A stretch of 64,000 bases of DNA from Podospora anserina (lineage: Eukaryota). The number at the start of each line of letters is the position of its first letter. The first letter of the stretch is position 1. Below the pieces are notes generated by a model. The model saw nothing but the letters and a program-made list of their open reading frames with translations. It did no database searches and was not told the DNA's origin. This document shows, one piece after another, positions 50,577 through 63,221 of this stretch. The position numbers and the translations under genes were made by a program. Location of the stretch: positions 4,402,001-4,466,000 of the forward strand of contig CM030336.1 in the NCBI GenBank assembly GCA_017654855.1, written 5' to 3'.

Positions 50577-50975
50577 CTAAATATTGCAGCACTTGTAATT
50601 TGATCCACCAGGGCAACGTTCTAAGCACTTGATCAATAACTGATGTCTACAAAACAAGGAAATACTGGAGCGGAAAGACTTACCAGATATCCATCTACCC
50701 AAGCAACCGTTCGACGTCCAGGTGCACCACGAATCGGCACCACAGGGTTGTGTGGCAGCGTTAGGAGTGATACCGACCAAGCAGCACTTGACGTCGGACG
50801 GGTCGTTGGGACAGGCACCAGTCTTGTATGAGCCGCCATACGAGTTGCAAGTCGATGTCCTGACGCAAATGCCAGACTCTCCCCACTTGCCAGTGGCCGC
50901 GCTGCCTGTGCACCTGCCGTTGAGAGCGGCCAAGGCAGCCAAGGGAAGAGTGGCGAGGACGAGGATGGAGTGCAT
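50577..50975 (-). CDS. Small secreted cysteine-rich protein with two related Cys modules, 2 exons
   Basis: Signal peptide MHSILVLATLPLAALA; modules ending GACPNDPSDVKCC and RCPGGSNYKCC; in-frame 63-nt intron 50683..50621. Confidence 0.85.
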   Translation of the reverse strand: MHSILVLATLPLAALAALNGRCTGSAATGKWGESGICVRTSTCNSYGGSYKTGACPNDPSDVKCCLVGITPNAATQPCGADSWCTWTSNGCLGRWISGKSFRSSISLFCRHQLLIKCLERCPGGSNYKCCNI

Positions 50976-53875
50976 TGTGGTGATTTGGTCTTTGCCGGTC
51001 AGAGGATAGGTTCCAAGTTGAAAGACGAACCTTGCGAAGCGAATGGTTGGAGGTCCAAGTCCACTCTATTTGTATCCCCCCTCCCCTCACACCAGTGCCA
51101 GGGTCCCTGACTCATCAGTCCACAGTCTAGACCATATTCTTGCTCGCAAATGGACGAAAATCTCGTTTCGTTACCGATAATTCTTTTCTCGATGTAACTT
51201 CGCTACGGTTCCTAAAGACAAATGGGAAGGGCTTCTGGCCTGCCCAGACACGGACAGTTGTAAGATCACGCGACCAAAAGGTTATTTTTACCTCCTGCTT
51301 GGACGAATGTAACATCTTTAGCCAACCGAAAGTTCTAGGTGTGGGAGCAGCACGAGTAAAAAGTTTTGATATTTACCCGGACTGAATGGGAGGATGGTAG
51401 GTCTGTCCTGCATGCCAAGCTGAACCTGGGGCTGGTCGTCATATCATTTGTCTTTTCCATTTGACCAGATGAAGGCGGTCAATGATCCAGCAGCCGAATA
51501 CCCGTACATCTTACAAGTTGGGATGTGGACGGTTGGCTGTGTTGTCCTATGCCGGGGTGTTGGACGAAAGAATTATAAAACAAAGAAAACTGCGAGTGAC
51601 GCCTCGGGCAAAGGCAATAAGTGATGGCGTTGGAAATGTACCAGAATGATCAACCAAGGCTCAAAAGCCATGCAAAATCGACCAATTCTGTGAGTCTGGC
51701 TGCCCCATTAAGCTGCGGCCATCGGTCGAGATACCATTCGAGTGTTTTGCAGATCGAATTGGACACTCGTGAATCCACACCAAATGCCGCGGCCAATCCC
51801 AGCAAAACCTTGCATGGCCCATTCTTCGTAGATCCAGACGCATTTCTCTGTTCCTTCCGTTCCTTCGCATATGGATCCAGCTCATGTGGAGATCTAAGTA
51901 CTAGTCCAATTAATTCACTGTCGTGAAAAAAGAAGACTTTATGAATTTCCGGGCACTCAAACAGCTCGCCCTTCTCTTCCCAAAACTCGGTAACCCCATT
52001 AAAAGTTTAGGGTCACATTACAGGCAATAATACTGTCATCTTGAGAACAGAAAGGAGCGGGTAAAAGGCGACGCTGGCAGCAGACCCATTCTCTAGAGCT
52101 TACGTCATGGAGCTATGTTTGGGCGGCTTCTATACATGTGGCAAGTGTACAGCCCCCTGAATATACAGGTCTTCTTCATGCAAGAAAGAAGAGTCCAGAG
52201 CAAATTACATCACCCTGTTGCTAAAACCTCTGCGCCACTTTGCTCTTTTTTATAGACCGTATCAGACTGAGATGCAGGTGAGACACCGAGTCTGGAGTCG
52301 ATGCTGCACAAGTGCCTGGGCACAAAGAGAGATCTATTTGCATTAACGAAGCTCAAAGGAATATGCATCAATTCCACTCGAGAAGAGACCCAAGAACTTT
52401 CCAAGTCTCCAAGCCGACATATGATGATCTTCGAGTTTCCACATGATCGGACATGGAGACAAAGGGGTCAGGGGAAATAAGGTTAAATCCTACTGACGAC
52501 GACATGATGATTGTTGGGATGGCGATTGTCAACTGTGAGGTTCGATCGCGATGATGGGAAACGATGAAGTCGATATTTTTGTCGATCCATATCACGGCTA
52601 CAGAGCATTCCAGATGGCCAAGGCTCGCAAAAGGACGACAAAAATCTCTCGCTCGCTTGTGATTCCTAGAGTGGTCGAGACAAACCTTGACAGCTTCCTT
52701 CTCCCAGCTAGGGTCTGTGCGTGATGCGTGGTGGATGGAGATTCTCGGCCTGCAAACGAACCGTCGATGACTGGCTATCGATGGACAGCGGGGATGCCAC
52801 GGACCCTTGCCCCTGCTTTTCCTTGCAACTGCCATCCCGAAAAAAGAAAGGGTTGGTCTTGGCAGGAACGACAGGGCAGCAGCAGTGGAACATCACCTTG
52901 CTCGATAGCCTGGAAGATCTGAGCGTCGCAGATCTACGCCGAAAAGGGTTCCCACCACGTGCGGGTCAACCAGTGGAAGTTCTCCCAAAACCTCCCTCCG
53001 ATCAATATATTTGCATCAACCCCGCACTGTTTCGAAGTCAACGCCTCAACAACCCTTTGGGACCGCAGACATGCTCTCGGACTCCCCTCGGGTCCTCGAT
53101 AACACCCTCTTGTGAAGAGAGACAACCTCTGATTGGGGCTCTGACGCATTGACATCAATGGCGGCTTGGAGATATCGACATCTCGAGACAAAGCGCCATT
53201 GTCGTGGGTGCGGCACTTTTTTCCGTCATCAAAGACAAGAAGAAAGACACACACACTGTTCGAGAAGCTCCGGAAGGGCTGGCGAACACGAGACACGAGA
53301 CATCCCGCCAAAATGCAAACGGTTGACCTGAGACCCTCCGACCTTCGCCTTGCTGCAAGGAATTTCGACCCCGTGAATGTCATGGCAAACAGAGGAATAC
53401 CACCCGAGTGGGTAAAGAGAGCAGATCCTCATCCTTCAGCCGAGCCGTACGACTCGCAAAAATGCCTGCGATGCCGACGCCCGTCGGATGCTCAGCTGTT
53501 GTCGTGGACGCACTGATGGCCTCAGCTGGTTGGCCCACATGGCTTGCGTGCCATTATGGATACATAGCGCCGGGTCAAAGCAAACAACGATTGACGCCTC
53601 TAGCCAAATTGGTGAGATCAGTCCGTTTCAGTGGTCATAGGTACCGCCGAGTGGCGTCCCGGCCCGCATTGTGGTCAAAGCTGCTTCTCCTGACCGACTC
53701 CTCTCCCCCCCTCGATCGCTATTAGCAAGCAAGCCCTACATATCTTGGCCGTCTCGTCCCGTTTCTTGGTCCGCTTCTCTCACTTCATCACGAATGTAAA
53801 ACGAATCAACGTCCGCCCGGGAACTGCTCCCTCTCCTCACTCCCTCTGCGGTCTCCGAGACTGCTCACCGTCACC

Positions 53876-55203
53876 ATGCCGCTCAAAGTTCCAGAATGGC
53901 TTGACTGGTACAAGAAGCCCGAGTACCGGGACATCAAAGAATATTCGGCACACGTCAATGCAGGCGAGCGCCCTCAGAGCCCGACTCCGGCTGCCATTCC
54001 AAGCCGCTTGAGGCTCGACCGCATTCTCGCAAACAAGACATGCAGTCCGATGTCCCTTTATGACTTTTACATGTACCTCAAGTACATTGAGTTCTCGGCC
54101 GAGAACCTCGAGTTCTACATCTGGTGAGCACTTACACTTGACCTTCGCCCGCCAACAGGACTAATGGATGACACAGGTACAAAAACTACGAAGCATCCTA
54201 CGAAAAGGGTCTCACGCCAGTTCACACGAAGGAATATGGGGCTATTCCCAGCGCAGCAGAGTCGACTTCATCCATTGTCAAGGAAAGCCAGGCAGCCAGT
54301 TCATGCAGTACCAAAGATCCAGAAAACGGCGATGATGAGGACGCAGACCCCGAGAAGACGCTTCACCGCATCTCCCAGCTCATCGTTGCCAGCGCCATGT
54401 GCAATTCCCGCTCGTGCTCACCCGCCGCCCTTCAACTCACCCCCGACCAGTCCAATGGCAAATCCATCCAGATCACCTCCTGCACCTCCGACTCTGCTCC
54501 AGCCACCATGAAGCTCATGAACTCCGACGGCCAGGTCAGCCGCCACGAACTCGACACCATCATTCATCTCTTTCTTATGCCCTCCGGAGAGAAGGAGCTC
54601 AACATCCCCGCCGCTCTTCGAGCCCAGACTCTTGCCGACTTGCAGAAGTCGACTCACCCCTCCGCACTCAAACCAGTTGCCGACCATGTCTACGGCCTCA
54701 TGCACAACTGCTCCCACCGCAACTTTGTCCGCCTAGGAGTAGGCAATGGGACATTCGAGACAGTCTGCGTGGCAACCATGCTGGGCATTGCCAATCTCAT
54801 TGCCGGCTATGTCGTCGTCATGTGCCGCGCCTTTGTCCCCTACCGGGGCTCCCACACCCGATGGGAGGCCTGGGCGGCGTGGCCCAACTGGTGGCTTGGT
54901 GTCTCGCTCATTCTTGCTGGCCTGCGAGGCAGCTGCTTTTTCCTTTTGTTGTTTTCCAAGAGGCAGAGGCTGCCGTGGGAGAGATTTGATGACAACACGG
55001 ACAGCGTTTTGAGGAACGAGGGAGGCTTCTTGAAGTCGGTGTCGAGGTTGATGATTTTCGATAGGAGGCTGCGGGTCAAGGAAAAGTATCTGAGGAGGCT
55101 ACAGAGAAAAATTGTGTTGCAGAGCTTGGTGGGAGGGGCGATCTTTGCGACGATTTGGGTGGCTGTTTTTATTTTCTTGCCGGTTTGGAAGGAGACGGTT
55201 TGA
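53876..55203 (+). CDS. RGS-domain protein with C-terminal transmembrane helices, 2 exons
   Basis: SLYDFYMYLKYIEFSAENLEFYIW and IIHLFLMPSGEKELNIP RGS motifs; intron 54124..54176; about 3 TM segments at the C-terminus. Confidence 0.85.
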
Positions 55204-55840
55204 TGATACCCATTGCTGTTATTGTTGTTCTTGTAATGTTGGTTTATTTGTGGGGGATTTTGAGAGTTGGTGATGACTGATGATGCTTTGGTAGAGAGAT
55301 GTATCTGCTCGCTGAGGAAGGGGGTTGTACACATACAGATTATACAGTGAGGGTTTTGGATAAGCTCCAGCTGGATCGATCCACATAAAACAAACATAAT
55401 TCTCTTTCGTCACTAACATCTTATTCATCTCTGATATTGTATACTTCTGGTCCATTCTGATTTCCCATGCTACCTTCCTTGACCATGGGTGTTTGCATCG
55501 TGAGTGACCTGATTGGAGCAAATAAGGTAGCAGAACTGAGGGCCAATAGAAGGTAAAGGTGAGCAGAGGACCATGCAAGCAAACGACCTTGCCCAGTGTC
55601 TTCAGGCATCACCTGGTTTTCGTTCCTTGCAGACTATCACAGAGAGAGATCCCGATATTGCCAACCAAAACACAGACCCAATCAATCCCGCCGGTTCATC
55701 AGGCATCATCACACCTACCTTACAGGATCGTGTTTCTCACAGGAGAGAAACACCACCGCCTCCTCACCAACCAAGATCGACGTAGTCGCCCTTCGCCAAT
55801 CACATTTACCACACCAACCACCAGTTTACAGTCCGTGTCA

Positions 55841-56331
55841 ATGTCAACAGCGCCACCCCACCGCATCACCCAGCGCACAATTTTGTTCCGGCACATCGTC
55901 GTCATCACTGTATTTTCCGTCTTCTTTCTCGTCTTAGACTCGTTCTGTCTATTCCTTGGCTACCTTACTCACTCCGACTTCTTCGTTACTCCCCTTATTA
56001 TCTCTGCTTTCGCCGCAACAGCGTACGATTTGGTCCCGTTGTTTTGGTCGGTATATACTTGAATCTCCTCATGCAATAGCATCTGGTAGCGTTTAGTGTT
56101 AATTTTTGGGATGGAAGGACCGGGTATCTTGACTGGAAAATGGGAGTGGGCTACTTTGTGGGAAACTTGATCTGCGATGCGGTGGCGTTGATGGCTCATG
56201 CTAGGGTGATGCTGTGTGCGTTTTCGTGGCACCTAACTGTGGGGAACGACCTTGAACCTTTGAGACGTAATGGCAGAGTGGCTCTTTGGTTCTTTGTACC
56301 TATTGTTCCTGCTATTGTGTTATGGGGATAG
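55841..56331 (+). other. Possible small hydrophobic membrane-protein gene (structure unresolved)
   Basis: Two hydrophobic ORF pieces (MSTAPPHRIT...; MGVGYFVGNL...), but no splice solution tried gave a clean join. Confidence 0.3.
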
Positions 56332-57125
56332 AACAGTAGTAGTTATGGGATGGATGGTTTGGGACCGGATGCCGGAGAAGGAGCAAGAAGTGAGGGTGGC
56401 TACAGAAATCGTCGTGCGCCCCTATATTAATTGGCCGCAACTACATCAGGCATTTACATAGGCCTCGCAGAGACTCGCCTACTGTAAACCAACGCTTGGC
56501 TTCTCATCACCACTTCAACTACCACTTTAACCACCACTTCCAAACCACCAGAGTTGAATATCACGGCTAAGGACTAAATCCTCAGATATACGCCCAGTCA
56601 CATTGGAAACAACAGGAAGAGCTGGCTGACGTTGAAAGCGACAGTTTTCCCAGACAAAATGTAGGGTTGCCTGTGCACGAAGACCCCTCGGTCAATTGTT
56701 GACTTACTTGCCCAACACGGCTACGGCCAATTGATCTAGGAGCAGACGCCAATTTCTGTAGCCACCCTCGCAAGAAGCAACAACTGCAGAGGGGACGGCT
56801 GAAAGCTGGGAGGGTGACCGAGTAGAGACAAGAAGAGAAGAATTGGGTGACGGTTTGGTGTGAGGGGGCCTGAAGCGTTGTGCATGGTTCTTGTCTGATC
56901 ATCAAGCCCTATCAACGACTAAAGTTGATGGTTTGGCCTTGAAATCATCCACCAACTACTTGATCAGGCAACGCGGACATCTTGGTGGTGGTGGACTGTG
57001 ATAGTCTTGCAAAAAGTCTAACCCCTCTTTAATCGCCCTGGATTTATTTATCTACGATCTTCGATAGGCATCTACTAGGCTCACCAAGTCTGTCTATACC
57101 TCTCCAAGTCTACCCCCCCTCCCAC

Positions 57126-58344
57126 TCACGCCCTCCCATCCAACCTCTCCCCCATCTCACACCATTCCCCAATCAACTCATTAAACCACTTCGTCCTCTC
57201 CATACTCGGCGCATGCCCCATCCCCTCCACCACCAACCCCTTCCCCGGCTTCAGCCACTCCATCAACACCTCCCCATGCGGCGAGCTAATCATCCCATCC
57301 TCCGTCCCATGCATGACCAAAATCCTCTCCCTCCCCACCTTATCAGCCATCTCCTGCAGTTGCTTCTCACTCTTGTAATGCCACCCAGCAGCAATCAACT
57401 GCAACAAAAACCCCTTCAACCCAAACCGCTCCTTATCCATCCTCTTGTGCATCTCCTGCGCAACAAACCTCTGCGCATTACTCTCAAACCTCCCATACTC
57501 CTTCAAATCCGTCCCCGCAGGCGGCAAAACTTTCGGATCTTTCCCAGCAACAGGCACCTCCGCATCATCCGGCAAAGGCAGCCACCCATGCGCAAAAATC
57601 TGCCTCGCCACCCCAGCCACACTCTCATCCGGACTCTTGGGCATCAACATCCCCAACCTCGACTTGATATTCTCCAACCAAGTCAACTCATAATTCTTAA
57701 TCTCCGTCGCCGTGCAACACAGCCCCAAACTCGAGATGGTCCCGGGGTATAAACACGCAAACTCCTGCGCAATCATCCCCCCGAGCGAAATTCCCACAAC
57801 ATGCAAACATCTCTTCTCCTCTCCCGTCTTCAGAAACCCGACCTCTTCCGACGTGACGAGGTCATAAACATCCCTCGCCATCTCCCTGCTAGAATACCTC
57901 ATCAGAGGCTTCCCACTCCCCCCCACCCCCCGGTTGTCAAACACCAGCACCGAGTACCTCTCCCGATTCAAATGCCCAAAGTGATACGTCTGCCTCTGCC
58001 AGCCAGTCAAAAGCCCGCCGAGGCCCATGATGAACTACTCACCTTCCCTGTCAAACATCAAAGCGAAACCAAAAACAAGCGAAAAGAAGGGGGGACGTAC
58101 GACTAGCTTGATGGGCCCATCCCCGTGAACCTCCCAGTTGATCCCAAACGGCCCTCCCCTCCCCTCCGCCACGGGACACAACCCCTTGCGGTCCGGCTCC
58201 AGGTTCCAGATGGCTGTCGGAAAGGCCGGGTGGGCGAGCGTTTCGGCCACGGTGGGGATTCCGAGTTGGGGGTCGAGGGTCCTGTTTGGTAAGGTTAGTG
58301 AGATGCCCATGGGTGAGGAGAATGAGAGGTTTATGGGCTTGCAT
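57126..58344 (-). CDS. Alpha/beta-fold hydrolase, 3 exons
   Basis: FIMGLGG oxyanion region, FDNRGVG, nucleophile elbow GISLGG, HGTEDGMI, GMGH; intron 58100..58035; probable first intron 58342..58282. Confidence 0.88.
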
Positions 58345-58851
58345 TGTGATCGAGAGGGGTAGTCAGATCAAATATATCCTATGCTATAAATCTGCTAGCT
58401 TAAACACGGTGTTGACAGGATGATAGATTTCTGTCAAGTTTTTATCCGGTCGGCAGTCTGGTCGTCTCAACTTTTGTTGTTATCGCCGCCGGAGCGAAGC
58501 GTTCCTGAGCCTGAGCCTCGGCGCGAGCGCCACGGCGGCCCCCTGACCCAAATGACGTAATCAGCATGTGAATCCACCAAAATATCCCTGAACTGTCCGC
58601 GGTGGAGGGTTAGGGTGTTGACAGCAAACATTGATATGGTGGTCTATCATTTATACAAATCATAGAGAATTCTTAGGAGCCGATCCAGATCAATGCTATC
58701 ACTGATAGCGGTAGTTCACATGGCTCAAAAACAACCGGACGGTCTACTTTTGTATCCAGCATGAAAACATGCTCCCTGAACGCCTTTTGCTTTCACGCTA
58801 CCACCACCAAACACGCATCCCAACAACTCGAAGCTATTACATGGCCCTGAC

Positions 58852-60625
58852 TCAAAGCATTACAAAGCCCACACCGCTGGACGTGTTCTCCTCCAGCAAA
58901 TTCCTCTTGTTGACACCACCGTGGACAGGGTTGGCCTTGTAGTTGAACAGATAGTAGTGAAGCTGCCCATCACCGGGGTGGAACTTTTGCTGCTCCAAGA
59001 ACAGCGAGTTATCCATCAGCGACAGCGCATTGAACACGTCAAACTTGGCCTTCTTGGCAAGAATGAGCATATCAGCCATGAGGGCATTAAGACGAGCCTT
59101 GAGGGCCGGGCGGTCGTCAGGGCTCTTGAGAGCAACATCCGAGGCGTAGTAGAAGAGGTAGGCGGCGCGAATGGCAGAGTGCTTCTTGGACCGGATGACC
59201 GACGATTCGAGGCAGTAGAAGGAGAAGAAGTCGGTGATTTTGCCGTCGTCGCCCTGGAGACATGTTAGCGCAGAACAGACATAAACGGGGCGAGATGCTA
59301 ACCTCAACAACATATGACCAAATCACACGCTCACCAGGCGCCTCTTTGTTATGCAACAGCCAATGCGACACCTCTTCCTTGGACCACACTGGAGTCAGAT
59401 CAAAGCGCTTCAGGTACGCCTCGACGAGAACCTGCACCGCGTTGAGATCCCTGGCTTCCATCTCACGGAGCCCACGAGTCGACGTGTTCTCGGGGACCCT
59501 GAACCTAATATCTTGCAACTTGGGGGTGCTGTTGGTTGGGCATGGGCTGAAGCCAACCTCATACAGCTTCATCCAGTTCAAGGCGCGGTGGTAGTATCGG
59601 CAGGTACTAACTGGCCGAGGGAGGACAATACCGCCCGTGTAAATGGCCTGCCAGATGCCATCAAGGTTGATGCGCCGTGTAATCTCCTTGATGAGCACTG
59701 GCGCAAGGCGCTTCCCTCTGAGCTTCTTGTGAATGCAGAGGAAGTTGACCTCGGAGCTTTGAAGAATCTTGTCCCGTACCCGCATCTGGGTTGGGATGGC
59801 AGAAATGAAAGCGCAAAGGGTATCGCCAGTGCGAATCCCAACGTGCCATTCCTTGCGCCATCCCGGAGACAGCAAAGACCACCTCAGCAGAGAGCCAGAG
59901 TACTTGAACCTAAACATGGCCTCGTCATCCTCCACGTAGTGACCATACAGAAGCTTCTCTACCTCTTCCAACTGCCTCTCGTCCGTGAGATCCATCGTGA
60001 CCCAGCGGAACTGTGGAAGCGCAAGTTCAATGGGTTCGGTTGGAATGTCCTCCACTTTTTGGACTCTGACGGGACCCTCCTCGATGAGCTTGGGCTCCTC
60101 ATCGAACTGAGGTACTGGTTGTGTGCTCCAGAACTTGTACGAAGCCATATCCTTGCGGTTCTTGCCACTCGTTGCCAAACCGGTCATGATATCCTGTAAC
60201 TTGAGCTTCTTGAAGGCTTCGATGGCTTTGGCCGTGTTGTCCGACGAGCCCGGGGCATCCTGTGCGCCGAGAAGTTCATTCCGCAAGGCAGGGTTGAGGG
60301 TGAGGAATTCAGCGATCTGGTCGTTTGAGAGGCCCGCGATGGCCTTCTTGGGGTCGGCCTCGACATCGGCGGCGGTCAGCTCTTTGGGAGGGCCTCCGCC
60401 AAGGGCTTGAGCAAGAGCTTGTTTGGCCTTCTTCTTCTTGCTCTTCTTCTTCTTCTTTGCGGGAGCTTCTGTGTTTGCGCCTGCTTGTTGTGTTTCCTCC
60501 GCTTCGGACCCCGACTCCCCTTCCGACTCAGCTGTGGTGCCCTTGGCAGAGCTTAGGTTGACGAGAGCTTCAGCAGCCTTCTCCTGCTCCTTGGTCGGGT
60601 CAACCTCTTTCGATTCGGTCGACAT
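58852..60625 (-). CDS. NMT1: Glycylpeptide N-myristoyltransferase, 2 exons
   Basis: YKFWSTQPVP, HYVEDDEAMFRF, EVNFLCIHKKLR, FDVFNAL, GDGQLHYYLFNY, C-terminal GFVML; intron 59302..59254. Confidence 0.97.
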
Positions 60626-61313
60626 GTTTGGGCAATATCTGGGACGTGGTAACCAATGTGCGAAGATTCGAGATGCGTGAAAGATTCAAGTCTCTCCTTT
60701 TTGAAACTTCGGCAGCAGAGTTGTGGTGTCGTGTCGGCAACAAAGCTTGGTGTTTCAAGCAGGTGTGCGGGGCAGCTTCCAGGTTACTTCGACGCGGGCA
60801 CCCCCCCCCTCCAAGCTTTGGGAGTTTGTGATGGTGGGTCTCAACCCCCAGCTCTTTATCGATAAGTCTTATGCAGTTTGCTCGCTTCACTGTTGTCAAC
60901 CGTATTGCGTCGACCGACACTCATCATCAGTAGGGATCCCGAGATATACAGGCCTCATTTCGCTTTCTTAAAGCATACCAAATGTCAAGATACAAAATCA
61001 TCCAGCCTTGTTGAAGTCACACAAAAAGTATGGATCGAGTGCTCACCTCAGATTGCGGGGCGATGAGCTTCTGATTGGTTACGCAGCAAATGTTCAATGC
61101 AAACGACAGCGCTCCGCCGCCACTGTTGCCTGTCGCCGCCCAAGTGTGCAGTGCTCAGTTCCCGACCCCTGCCGTCCTCTCGGTGTTTGTGGTTCAAGGG
61201 GCGTTCAGCCGCTTCTCTTTATTCGCAATCTATTCAGCTTTCTTTTTCATGCTCGTCCAACATCATCTCAATCAAGCACCTACATCTCAGGCCAGACGGT
61301 AGCAATCGCAAGC

Positions 61314-62531
61314 ATGGGCAAACCAACCCCTCCGGCCTATACACCCGGCGCCGGTAGCAGTGCCGACGCCGACCCTGACGCCTTGTCACTCCACACTCCC
61401 ACCGGTGGTGTTAGCGACCCAGCCTTTCCTCTTGATCTCGACGCTCCCGACCTGGGAACTGATGATCTCCCACCTCTCTACTCTGATATCGACAATGACG
61501 CTGGCAGCGGTGCCCCTCTTTTACCACCTGGAACTCAATTCGGCCAGTCCGCCGACCTGGCACCCAAACAGGTTGACCAGAACACTGGAGTCGAGGTCTT
61601 TGTCACCTCGGTGTTCGAAGCCGACCCTAAGCTTCTAGAGAAACAGATCAACATCTCTGCTGCAAAGCCACCCAGGCCATTCGTGAGAATCCATGGTACT
61701 CACCGGCAGATGGTGGAGGAGAACGGCAAAAAGACTGAGAAAGCCGTGACCGACTTTGAAGTCTCTGTCGAACTCACGCCCTATCTCTTCTCTGATGTCG
61801 CCACTCAGCTCTCATGGCGTGAGACACGCACCGTTGAGAATAACGAAAAGACCTGTCGAGGCACTGTCTTCAGAAAAAGAGCTTCTGGATACAAACAAGA
61901 CATCGAGGTTGGCACAGGCCCCAAACCTACCCTGGCTGAGTGGTGCCACCGTTACTGCGCCAGCCATGCCACCGTCAAATGCTTTGTCCTCCGCCGTCGT
62001 GTCGTTGGCTTTGACGAGGAGAAACTTCGAAGTCAGCTCGACGCTCTCGTCCGCAGCACCAACTACCGCGGCAGCGTCTGCATCACCTTCCCGGTCAAGG
62101 ACGAATATGTATTCATCTACAACGACTGCTGGATCAACAGGTGGCGCTACACGAACTGGATCCGCTGGATCTTCTATCTCACCTTCCTGTGGATCTTCTC
62201 CTGGCCATTCTTATACTTCTTCACCAAGACCTTCGAGGTTGTGACGGCCGATTGGGACTTTGCCAGGCCGCAGGAAAATGGCAGACTGGCCTATGTCAGC
62301 ATGTCGGAGGATCATATCTACAACACCTGGGCGAGGGCCATCAGCCGTGCTGTTTTGGGGAAGAGGCAGACGTGTCTGGACCACAATGATCTTGTTGCGT
62401 CTCACACTGATGGGCCGGATGTTGTGGCTGACGTTATGGACGCGGTCCATGCTCCGAGCTTTGTGAGACGAGGTGTCACGGCCATTGCGCATGTCAACCG
62501 TCAGCTTGGATGGGGTTCGGACTGGTCGTGA
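61314..62531 (+). CDS. Hypothetical protein with a single hydrophobic/TM segment
   Basis: ATG at 61314 (MGKPTPPAY); 405-codon ORF with host-like codon use; WIRWIFYLTFLWIFSWPFLYFF hydrophobic stretch. Confidence 0.75.
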   Translation: MGKPTPPAYTPGAGSSADADPDALSLHTPTGGVSDPAFPLDLDAPDLGTDDLPPLYSDIDNDAGSGAPLLPPGTQFGQSADLAPKQVDQNTGVEVFVTSVFEADPKLLEKQINISAAKPPRPFVRIHGTHRQMVEENGKKTEKAVTDFEVSVELTPYLFSDVATQLSWRETRTVENNEKTCRGTVFRKRASGYKQDIEVGTGPKPTLAEWCHRYCASHATVKCFVLRRRVVGFDEEKLRSQLDALVRSTNYRGSVCITFPVKDEYVFIYNDCWINRWRYTNWIRWIFYLTFLWIFSWPFLYFFTKTFEVVTADWDFARPQENGRLAYVSMSEDHIYNTWARAISRAVLGKRQTCLDHNDLVASHTDGPDVVADVMDAVHAPSFVRRGVTAIAHVNRQLGWGSDWS

Positions 62532-63221
62532 TGCGGTTCTTTTGTCTTTACCCGTTGTTTCCTTTTAGCGATTAGGTTCATTCATACCCCCTAGTTTATC
62601 TCGTTCCCCCATAAAATTGAAAACAGTTTCTGGACACCACCAAGACACATTGCCATGGACGAGGACCACCCCCTAATTCCCGAGACCGAGCACCGTATGT
62701 GGTGTGACACGTTCAGCCAACATCTCTCTGCCGAATATGACCGTCCCTTTCAAGACATTCGTAATTCCTCTTATCTGCTGCATCTTAGCGCGGTGAAAGC
62801 GCAGATGCGGAAAAGTTGACCGCATTGAGCAGCACATTTGGCTGGTCTGGTGGTTAGTCGGGGACCCACCCGTCCGCATCGGCCGCACCGCCCGCAAATG
62901 CCCCACCCGCTGCCGTCCGCATGGACCCACCCACACCTCCGCAGCCTCCGCTCCGGGGTGTGTATCCGCTCCGGCCGGACGACATTCCGCTGCATTGTGT
63001 CTGACGAACCTGTGAGATGGGGGTTGTACTCGGAGATACTGAGACATTCGTGAGCCCGGGAGTCCCCTGAGTATTGAGTGATTGTACGATGGAGCGTTCA
63101 TGTATAAAGATGCTGTTGTCTCCTTCATCTCATCTTGTAAATCATCATCATCACGAGTACAAGTTCCAATAACAACTACCACATAACCACTCCAACGCAA
63201 CCCTATCGACACCAACACAAA

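Noticed and set aside
51100-53700. Many short ORFs between the Cys-rich gene and the RGS gene
   Set aside because: None shows motifs, intron structure or host codon pattern; treated as intergenic
61008-61313. N-terminal extension from a TTG start in the ORF track
   Set aside because: Looks like promoter/5' UTR; the first ATG in good context is at 61314
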